Of a stretch of DNA of 64,000 nucleotides, positions 1-11,800 are shown in pieces. This stretch comes from Eledone cirrhosa (lineage: Eukaryota): contig OZ024743.1 of the NCBI GenBank assembly GCA_964016885.1, forward strand, positions 173,972,001 to 174,036,000, read 5' to 3'. The notes below the pieces were generated by a model. The model saw only the letters and a program-made list of their open reading frames with translations, did no database searches and was not told the origin of the DNA. The translations under genes were made by a program, and so were the position numbers. Within the stretch, counting starts at the first letter, position 1, and each line of letters starts with the position of its first letter.

Positions 1-3000
1 TTAACCCTCTCTTAGTTGTCCTCCTCCAATACTAGACACACACTCAGGGCTAGGGTATGAGCCCTCTTTTAGTTGTCCTCCTCCAATACTACAGACACAC
101 ACTCAGGGCTAGGGTATGAACCCTCTCTTAGTTGTCCTCCTCCAATACTACAGACACACACTCAGGGCTAGGGTATTAACCCTCTCTTAGTTGTCCTCCT
201 CCAATACTACAGACACACACTCAGGGCTAGGGTATGAACCCTCTCTTAGTTGTCCTCCTCCAATACTACAGACACACACTCAGGGCTAGGGTATGAACCC
301 TCTCTTAGTTGTCCTCCTCCAATACTACAGACACACACTCAGGGCTAGGGTATGAACCCTCTTTTAGTTGTCCTCCTCCAATACTACAGACACACACTCA
401 GGGCTAGGGTATTAACCCTCTCTTAGTTGTCCTCCTGCAATACTAGACACACACTCAGGGCTAGGGTATGAACCCTCTCTTAGTTGTCCTCCTCCAATAC
501 TACAGACACACACTCAGGGCTAGGGTATGAACCCTCTCTTAGGTGTCCTCCTCCAATACTACAGACACACACTCAGAGCTAGGGTATGAACCCTCTCTTA
601 GTTGTCCTCCTCCAATACTACAGACACACACTCAGGGCTAGGGTATGAACCCTCTCTTAGTTGTCCTCCTCCAATACTAGACACACACTCAGGGCTAGGG
701 TATGAACCCTCTCTTAGTTGTCCTCCTCCAATACTACAGACACACACTCAGGGCTAGGGTATGAACCCTCTCTTAGGTGTCCTCCTCCAATACTACAGAC
801 ACACACTCAGAGCTAGGGTATGAACCCTCTCTTAGTTGTCCTCCTCCAATACTACAGACACACACTCAGGGCTAGGGTATGAACCCTCTCTTAGGTGTCC
901 TCCTCCAATACTAGACACACACTCAGGGGTAGGGTATGTACCCTCTCTTAGTTGTCATCCTCCAATACTAGACACACACTCAGGGCTAGGGTATGTACCC
1001 TCTCTTAGTTGTCTTCCTCCAATACTACAGACACACACTCAGGGCTAGGGTATGTACCCTCTCCTAGATGTCCTCCTCCAATACTACAGACACACACTCA
1101 GGGCTAGGGTATGAACCCTCTCTTAGTTGTCCTCCTCCAATACTACAGACACACACTCAGGGCTAGGGTATGAACCCTCTCTTAGTTGTCCTCCTCCAAT
1201 ACTACAGACACACACTCAGGGCTAGGGTATGTACCCTCTCCCAGTTGTTCTCCTCCAATACTACAGACACACACTCAGGGCTAGGGTATGAACCCTCTCT
1301 TAGTTGTCCTCCTCCAATACTACAGACACACACTCAGGGCTAGGGTATGAACCCTCTCCTAGTTGTCCTCCTCCAATACTACAGACACACACTCAGGGCT
1401 AGGGTATGAACCCTCTCTTAGTTGTCCTCCTCCAATACTACAGACACACACTCAGGGCTAGGGTATGAACCCTCTCTTAGTTGTCCTCCTCCAATACTAC
1501 AGACACACACTCAGGGCTAGGGTATGAACCCTCTCCTAGTTGTCCTCCTCCAATACTACAGACACACACTCAGGGCTAGGGTATGAACCCTCTCTTAGTT
1601 GTCCTCCTCCAATACTACAGACACACACTCAGGGCTAGGGTATTAACCCTCTCTTTGTTGTCCTCCTCCAATACTACAGACACACACTCAGGGCTAGGGT
1701 ATGAACCCTCTCTTAGTTGTCCTCCTCCAATACTACAGACACACACTCAGGGCTAGGGTATTAACCCTCTCTTAGTTGTCCTCCTCCAATACTACAGACA
1801 CACACTCAGGGCTAGGGTATGAACCCTCTCTTAGTTGTCCTCCTCCAATACTACAGACACACACTCAGGGCTAGGGTATTAACCCTCTCTTAGTTGTCCT
1901 CCTCCAATACTACAGACACACACTCAGGGCTAGGGTATGAACCCTCTCTTAGTTGTCCTCCTCCAATACTACAGACACACACTCAGGGCTAGGGTATGAA
2001 CCCTCTTTTAGTTGTCCTCCTCCAATACTACAGACACACACTCAGGGCTAGGGTATGAACCCTCTATTAGTTGTCCTTCTCCAATACTACAGACACACAC
2101 TCAGGGCTAGAGTATTAACCCTCTCTTAGTTGTCCTCCTCCAATACTACAGACACACACTCAGGGCTAGGGTATGAACCCTCTCTTAGTTGTCCTCCTCC
2201 AATACTACAGACACACACTCAGGGCTAGGGTATGAACCCTCTCTTAGTTGTCCTCCTCCAATACTACAGACACACACTCAGGGCTAGGGTATTAACCCTC
2301 TCTTAGTTGTCCTCCTCCAATACTACAGACACACACTCAGGGCTAGGGTATTAACCCTCTCTTAGTTGTCCTCCTCCAATACTAGACACACACTCAGGGC
2401 TAGGGTATGAACCCTCTTTTAGTTGTCCTCCTCTAATACTACAGACACACACTCAGGGCTAGGGTATGAACCCTCTCTTAGTTGTCCTCCTCCAATACTA
2501 CAGACACACACTCAGGGCTAGGGTATTAACCCTCTCTTAGTTGTCCTCCTCCAATACTACAGACACACACTCAGGGCTAGGGTATGAACCCTCTCCTAGT
2601 TGTCCTCCTCCAATACTACAGACACACACTCAGGGCTAGGGTATGAACCCTCTCTTAGTTGTCCTCCTCCAATACTACAGACACACACTCAGGGCTAGGG
2701 TATGAACCCTCTTTTAGTTGTCCTCCTCCAATACTACAGACACACACTCAGAGCTAGGGTATTAACCCTCTCTTAGTTGTCCTCCTCCAATACTAGACAC
2801 ACACTCAGGGCTAGGGTATGAACCCTCTTTTAGTTGTCCTCCTCCAATACTACAGACACACACTCAGGGCTAGGGTATGAACCCTCTCTTAGTTGCCCTC
2901 CTCCAATACTACAGACACACACTCAGGGCTAGGGTATTAACCCTCTCTTAGTTGTCCTCCTCCAATACTACAGACACACACTCAGGGCTAGGGTATGAAC

Positions 3001-3049
3001 CCTCTCTTAGTTGTCCTCCTCCAATACTACAGACACACACTCAGGGCTA

Positions 3050-6000
3050 GGGTATGAACCCTCTCTTAGTTGTCCTCCTCCAATACTACAGACACACACT
3101 CAGGGCTAGGGTATTAACCCTCTCTTAGTTGTCCTCCTCCAATACTACAGACACACACTCAGGGCTAGGGTATTAACCCTCTCTTAGTTGTCCTCCTCCA
3201 ATACTAGACACACACTCAGGGCTAGGGTATGAACCCTCTTTTAGTTGTCCTCCTCCAATACTACAGACACACACTCAGGGCTAGGGTATGTAACCTCTCC
3301 TAGTTGTCCTCCTCCAATACTACAGACACACACTCAGGGCTAGGGTATGAACCCTCTCTTAGTTGTCCTCCTCCAATACTACAGACACACACTCAGGGCT
3401 AGGGTATGAACCCTCTCTTAGTTGTCGTCCTCCAATACTAGACACACACTCAGGGCTAGGGTATGAACCCTCTCTTAGTTGTCCTCCTCCAATACTACAG
3501 ACACACACTCAGGGCTAGGGTATGAACCCTCTCTTAGGTGTCCTCCTCCAATACTACAGACACACACTCAGAGCTAGGGTATGAACCCTCTCTTAGTTGT
3601 CCTCCTCCAATACTACAGACACACACTCAGGGCTAGGGTATGAACCCTCTCTTAGGTGTCCTCCTCCAATACTAGACACACACTCAGGGCTAGGGTATGA
3701 ACCCTCTCTTAGTTGTCCTCCTCCAATACTACAGACACACACTCAGGGCTAGGGTATGAACCCTCTCTTAGTTGTCATCCTCCAATACTAGACACACACT
3801 CAGGGCTAGGGTATGTACCCTCTCTTAGTTGTCTTCCTCCAATACTACAGACACACACTCAGGGCTAGGGTATGTACCCTCTCCTAGATGTCCTCCTCCA
3901 ATACTACAGACACACACTCAGGGCTAGGGTATGAACCCTCTCTTAGTTGTCCTCCTCCAATACTACAGACACACACTCAGGGCTAGGGTATGAACCCTCT
4001 CTTAGTTGTCCTCCTCCAATACTACAGACACACACTCGGGGCTAGGGTATGTACCCTCTCCCAGTTGTTCTCCTCCAATACTACAGACACACACTCAGGG
4101 CTAGGGTATGAACCCTCTCTTAGTTGTCCTCCTCCAATACTACAGACACACACTCAGGGCTAGGGTATGAACCCTCTCCTAGTTGTCCTCCTCCAATACT
4201 ACAGACACACACTCAGGGCTAGGGTATGAACCCTCTCTTAGTTGTCCTCCTCCAATACTACAGACACACACTCAGGGCTAGGGTATGAACCCTCTCCTAG
4301 TTGTCCTCCTCCAATACTACAGACACACACTCAGGGCTAGGGTATGAACCCTCTATTAGTTGTCCTCCTCCAATACTACAGACACACACTCAGGGCTAGG
4401 GTATTAACCCTCTCTTAGTTGTCCTCCTCCAATACTACAGACACACACTCAGGGCTAGGGTATGAACCCTCTCTTAGTTGTCCTCCTCCAATACTACAGA
4501 CACACACTCAGGGCTAGGGTATTAACCCTCTCTTAGTTGTCCTCCTCCAATACTACAGACACACACTCAGGGCTAGGGTATGAACCCTCTCTTAGTTGTC
4601 CTCCTCCAATACTACAGACACACACTCAGGGCTAGGGTATTAACCCTTTCTTAGTTGTCCTCCTCCAATACTACAGACACACACTCAGGGCTAGGGTATG
4701 AACCCTCTCTTAGTTGTCCTCCTCCAATACTACAGACACACACTCAGGGCTAGGGTATGAACCCTCTTTTAGTTGTCCTCCTCCAATACTACAGACACAG
4801 ACTCAGGGCTAGGGTATGAACCCTCTATTAGTTGTCCTTCTCCAATACTACAGACACACACTCAGGGCTAGAGTATTAACCCTCTCTTAGTTGTCCTCCT
4901 CCAATACTACAGACACACACTCAGGGCTAGGGTATGAACCCTCTCTTAGTTGTCCTCCTCCAATACTACAGACACACACTCAGGGCTAGGGTATGAACCC
5001 TCTCTTAGTTGTCCTCCTCCAATACTACAGACACACACTCAGGGCTAGGGTATTAACCCTCTCTTAGTTGTCCTCCTCCAATACTACAGACAGACACTCA
5101 GGGCTAGGGTATTAACCCTCTCTTAGTTGTCCTCCTCCAATACTAGACACACACTCAGGGCTAGGGTATGTACCCTCTCCTAGTTGTCCTCCTCCAATAC
5201 TACAGACACACACTCAGGGCTAGGGTATGAACCCTCTCTTAGTTGTCCTCCTCCAATACTACAGACACACACTCAGGGCTAGGGTATGACCCCTCTCTTA
5301 GTTGTCGTCCTCCAATACTAGACACACACTCAGGGCTAGGGTATGAACCCTCTCTTAGTTGTCCTCCTCCAATACTACAGACACACACTCAGGGCTAGGG
5401 TATGAACCCTCTCTTAGTTGTCCTCCTCCAATACTACAGACACACACTCAGAGCTAGGGTATGAACCCTCTCTTAGTTGTCCTCCTCCAATACTACAGAC
5501 ACACACTCAGGGCTAGGGTATGAACCCTCTCTTAGGTGTCCTCCTCCAATACTAGACACACACTCAGGGCTAGGGTATGTACCCTCTCTTAGTTGTCGTC
5601 CTCCAATACTAGACACACACTCAGGGCTAGGGTATGTACCCTCTCTTAGTTGTCTTCCTCCAATACTACAGACACACACTCAGGGCTAGGGTATGTACCT
5701 TCTCCTAGTTGTCCTCCTCCAATACTACAGACACACACTCTGGGCTAGGGTATGAACCCTCTCTTAGGTGTCCTCCTCCAATACTAGACACACACCCAGG
5801 GCTAGGGTATGTACCCTCTCTTAGTTGTCGTCCTCCAATACTAGACACACACTCAGGGCAAGGGTATGTACCCTCTCTTAGTTGTCTTCCTCCAATACTA
5901 CAGACACACACTCAGGGCTAGGGTATGTACCCTCTCTTAGTTGTCCTCCTCCAATACTACAGACACACACTCAGGGCTAGGGTATTAACCCTCTCTTAGT

Positions 6001-8820
6001 TGTCCTCCTCCAATACTACAGACACACACTCAGGGCTAGGGTATTAACCCTCTCTTAGTTGTCCTCCTCCAATACTAGACACACACTCAGGGCTAGGGTA
6101 TGAACCCTCTTTTAGTTGTCCTCCTCCAATACTACAGACACACACTCAGGGCTAGGGTATGTAACCTCTCCTAGTTGTCCTCCTCCAATACTACAGACAC
6201 ACACTCAGGGCTAGGGTATGAACCCTCTCTTAGTTGTCCTCCTCCAATACTACAGACACACACTCAGGGCTAGGGTATGAACCCTCTCTTAGTTGTCGTC
6301 CTCCAATACTAGACACACACTCAGGGCTAGGGTATGAACCCTCTCTTAGTTGTCCTCCTCCAATACTACAGACACACACTCAGGGCTAGGGTATGAACCC
6401 TCTCTTAGGTGTCCTCCTCCAATACTACAGACACACACTCAGAGCTAGGGTATGAACCCTCTCTTAGTTGTCCTCCTCCAATACTACAGACACACACTCA
6501 GGGCTAGGGTATGAACCCTCTCTTAGGTGTCCTCCTCCAATACTAGACACACACTCAGGGCTAGGGTATGAACCCTCTCTTAGTTGTCCTCCTCCAATAC
6601 TACAGACACACACTCAGGGCTAGGGTATGAACCCTCTCTTAGTTGTCATCCTCCAATACTAGACACACACTCAGGGCTAGGGTATGTACCCTCTCTTAGT
6701 TGTCTTCCTCCAATACTACAGACACACACTCAGGGCTAGGGTATGTACCCTCTCCTAGATGTCCTCCTCCAATACTACAGACACACACTCAGGGCTAGGG
6801 TATGAACCCTCTCTTAGTTGTCCTCCTCCAATACTACAGACACACACTCAGGGCTAGGGTATGAACCCTCTCTTAGTTGTCCTCCTCCAATACTACAGAC
6901 ACACACTCAGGGCTAGGGTTTGTACCCTCTCCCAGTTGTTCTCCTCCAATACTACAGACACACACTCAGGGCTAGGGTATGAACCCTCTCTTAGTTGTCC
7001 TCCTCCAATACTACAGACACACACTCAGGGCTAGGGTATGAACCCTCTCCTAGTTGTCCTCCTCCAATACTACAGACACACACTCAGGGCTAGGGTATGA
7101 ACCCTCTCTTAGTTGTCCTCCTCCAATACTACAGACACACACTCAGGGCTAGGGTATGAACCCTCTCCTAGTTCTCCTCCTCCAATACTACAGACACACA
7201 CTCAGGGCTAGGGTATGAACCCTCTATTAGTTGTCCTCCTCCAATACTACAGACACACACTCAGGGCTAGGGTATTAACCCTCTCTTAGTTGTCCTCCTC
7301 CAATACTACAGACACACACTCAGGGCTAGGGTATGAACCCTCTCTTAGTTGTCCTCCTCCAATACTACAGACACACACTCAGGGCTAGGGTATTAACCCT
7401 CTCTTAGTTGTCCTCCTCCAATACTACAGACACACACTCAGGGCTAGGGTATGAACCCTCTCTTAGTTGTCCTCCTCCAATACTACAGACACACACTCAG
7501 GGCTAGGGTATTAACCCTCTCTTAGTTGTCCTCCTCCAATACTACAGACACACACTCAGGGCTAGGGTATGAACCCTCTCTTAGTTGTCCTCCTCCAATA
7601 CTACAGACACACACTCAGGGCTAGGGTATGAACCCTCTTTTAGTTGTCCTCCTCCAATACTACAGACACAGACTCAGGGCTAGGGTGTGAAAACTCTATT
7701 AGTTGTCCTTCTCCAATACTACAGACACACACTCAGGGCTAGAGTATTAACCCTCTCTTAGTTGTCCTCCTCCAATACTACAGACACACACTCAGGGCTA
7801 GGGTATGAACCCTCTCTTAGTTGTCCTCCTCCAATACTACAGACACACACTCAGGGCTAGGGTATGAACCCTCTCTTAGTTGTCCTCCTCCAATACTACA
7901 GACACACACTCAGGGCTAGGGTATTAACCCTCTCTTAGTTGTCCTCCTCCAATACTACAGACAGACACTCAGGGCTAGGGTATTAACCCTCTCTTAGTTG
8001 TCCTCCTCCAATACTAGACACACACTCAGGGCTAGGGTATGTACCCTCTCCTAGTTGTCCTCCTCCAATACTACAGACACACACTCAGGGCTAGGGTATG
8101 AACCCTCTCTTAGTTGTCCTCCTCCAATACTACAGACACACACTCAGGGCTAGGGTATGACCCCTCTCTTAGTTGTCGTCCTCCAATACTAGACACACAC
8201 TCAGGGCTAGGGTATGAACCCTCTCTTAGTTGTCCTCCTCCAATACTACAGACACACACTCAGGGCTAGGGTATGAACCCTCTCTTAGTTGTCCTCCTCC
8301 AATACTACAGACACACACTCAGAGCTAGGGTATGAACCCTCTCTTAGTTGTCCTCCTCCAATACTACAGACACACACTCAGGGCTAGGGTATGAACCCTC
8401 TCTTAGGTGTCCTCCTCCAATACTAGACACACACTCAGGGCTAGGGTATGTACCCTCTCTTAGTTGTCGTCCTCCAATACTAGACACACACTCAGGGCTA
8501 GGGTATGTACCCTCTCTTAGTTGTCTTCCTCCAATACTACAGACACACACTCAGGGCTAGGGTATGTACCTTCTCCTAGTTGTCCTCCTCCAATACTACA
8601 GACACACACTCTGGGCTAGGGTATGAACCCTCTCTTAGGTGTCCTCCTCCAATACTAGACACACACCCAGGGCTAGGGTATGTACCCTCTCTTAGTTGTC
8701 GTCCTCCAATACTAGACACACACTCAGGGCAAGGGTATGTACCCTCTCTTAGTTGTCTTCCTCCAATACTACAGACACACACTCAGGGCTAGGGTATGTA
8801 CCCTCTCTTAGTTGTCCTCC
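3050..8820 (+). repeat. Tandem block duplication, period 2871 bp (49 monomers)
   Basis: Markers TAACCTCTCC at 3291/6162, ACACAGACTC at 4800/7671, and ORFs 5477/8348 and 5709/8580 are all offset by 2871. Confidence 0.9.
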
Positions 8821-11800
8821 TCCAATACTACAGACACACACTCAGGGCTAGGGTATGAACGCTCTCCCAGTTGTCCTCCTCCAATACTACAGACACACAC
8901 TCAGGGCTAGGGTATGAACGCTCTCCCAGTTGTCCTCCTCCAATACTACAGACACACACTCAGGGCTAGGGTATGAACCCTCTCCCAGTTGTCCTCCTCC
9001 AATACTACAGACACACACTCAGGGCTAGGGTATGTACCCTCTCTTAGTTGTCGTCTTCCAATACTACAGACACACACTCAGGGCTAGGGTATGAACGCTC
9101 TCCCAGTTGTCCTCTTCCAATACTACAGACACACACTCAGGGCTAGGGTATGAACGCTCTCCCAGTTGTCCTCCTCCAATACTACAGACACACACTCAGG
9201 GCTAGGGTATGAACCCTCTCCCAGTTGTCCTCCTCCAATACTACAGACACACACTCAGGGCTAGGGTATGAACGCTCTCCCAGTTGTCCTCCTCCAATAC
9301 TACAGACACACACTCAGGGCTAGGGTATGTACCCTCTCTTAGTTGTCCTCTTCCAATACTACAGACACACACTCAGGGCTAGGGTATGAACGCTCTCCTA
9401 GTTGTCCTCCTCCAATACTACAGACACACACTCTGGGCTAGGGTATGAACCCTCTCTTAGTTGTCCTCCTCCAATACTACAGACACACACTCAGGGCTAG
9501 GGTATGAACCCTCTCTTAGGTGTCCTCCTCCAATACTAGACACACACTCAGGGCTAGGGTATGTACCCTCTCTTAGTTGTCATCCTCCAATACTAGACAC
9601 ACACTCAGGGCTAGGGTATGTACCCTCTCTTAGTTGTCCTCCTCCAATACTACAGACACACACTCAGGGCTAGGGTATGAACCCTCTCTTAGTTGTCCTC
9701 CTCCAATACTACAGACACACACTCAGGGCTAGGGTATGAACCCTCTCTTAGTTGTCCTCCTCCAATACTACAGACACACACTCAGGGCTAGGGTATGAAC
9801 CCTCTCCTAGTTGTCCTCCTCCAATACTACAGACACACACTCAGGGCTAGGGTATGAACCCTCTCTTAGTTGTCCTCCTCCAATACTACAGACACACACT
9901 CAGGGCTAGGGTATTAACCCTCTCTTAGTTGTCCTCCTCCAATACTACAGACACACACTCAGGGCTAGGGTATGAACCCTCTCTTAGTTGTCCTCCTCCA
10001 ATACTACAGACACACACTCAGGGATAGGGTATGAACCCTCTTTTAGTTGTCCTCCTCCAATACTACAGACACACACTCAGGGCTAGGGTATGAACCCTCT
10101 ATTAGTTGTCCTTCTCCAATACTACAGACACACACTCAGGGCTAGAGTATTAACCCTCTCTTAGTTGTCCTCCTCCAATACTACAGACACACACTCAGGG
10201 CTAGGGTATGAACCCTCTCTTAGTTGTCCTCCTCCAATACTACAGACACACACTCAGGGCTAGGGTATGAACCCTCTCTTAGTTGTCCTCCTCCAATACT
10301 ACAGACACACACTCAGGGCTAGGGTATTAACCCTCTCTTAGTTGTCCTCCTCCAATACTACAGACACACATTCAGGGCTAGGGTATTAACCCTCTCTTAG
10401 TTGTCCTCCTCCAATACTACAGACACACACTCAGGGCTAGGGTATGAACCCTCTCTTAGTTGTCCTCCTCCAATACTACAGACACACACTCAGGGATAGG
10501 GTATGAACCCTCTTTTAGTTGTCCTCCTCCAATACTACAGACACACACTCAGGGCTAGGGTATGAACCCTCTATTAGTTGTCCTTCTCCAATACTACAGA
10601 CACACACTCAGGGCTAGAGTATTAACCCTCTCTTAGTTGTCCTCCTCCAATACTACAGACACACACTCAGGGCTAGGGTATGAACCCTCTCTTAGTTGTC
10701 CTCCTCCAATACTACAGACACACACTCAGGGCTAGGGTATGAACCCTCTTTTAGTTGTCCTCCTCCAATACTACAGACACACACTCAGGGCTAGGGTATT
10801 AACCCTCTCTTAGTTGTCCTCCTCCAATACTAGACACACACTCAGGGCTAGGGTATGAACCCTCTTTTAGTTGTCCTCCTCCAATACTACAGACACACAC
10901 TCAGGGCTAGGGTATTAACCCTCTCTTAGTTGTCCTCCTCCAATACTACAGACACACACTCAGGGCTAGGGTATGAACCCTCTCTTAGTTGTCCTCCTCC
11001 AATACTACAGACACACACTCAGGGCTAGGGTATTAACCCTCTCTTAGTTGTCCTCCTCCAATACTACAGACACACACTCAGGGCTAGGGTATGAACCCTC
11101 TCTTAGTTGTCCTCCTCCAATACTACAGACACACACTCAGGGATAGGGTATGAACCCTCTTTTAGTTGTCCTCCTCCAATACTACAGACACACACTCAGG
11201 GCTAGGGTATGAACCCTCTATTAGTTGTCCTTCTCCAATACTACAGACACACACTCAGGGCTAGAGTATTAACCCTCTCTTAGTTGTCCTCCTCCAATAC
11301 TACAGACACACACTCAGGGCTAGGGTATGAACCCTCTCTTAGTTGTCCTCCTCCAATACTACAGACACACACTCAGGGCTAGGGTATGAACCCTCTCTTA
11401 GTTGTCCTCCTCCAATACTACAGACACACACTCAGGGCTAGGGTATTAACCCTCTCTTAGTTGTCCTCCTCCAATACTACAGACACACACTCAGGGCTAG
11501 GGTATTAACCCTCTCTTAGTTGTCCTCCTCCAATACTAGACACACACTCAGGGCTAGGGTATGAACCCTCTTTTAGTTGTCCTCCTCCAATACTACAGAC
11601 ACACACTCAGGGCTAGGGTATGAACCCTCTCTTAGTTGTCCTCCTCCAATACTACAGACACACACTCAGGGCTAGGGTATTAACCCTCTCTCAGTTGTCC
11701 TCCTCCAATACTACAGACACACACTCAGGGCTAGGGTATGAACCCTCTCTTAGTTGTCCTCCTCCAATACTACAGACACACACTCAGGGCTAGGGTATGA

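Noticed and set aside
9425-9470. Compensatory pairing between TCTGGG and CCCAG variants
   Set aside because: The two are complementary, but TCTGGG is nearly always followed by CTCTTAG rather than CCCAG (one exception near 43920), so there is no covariation support.
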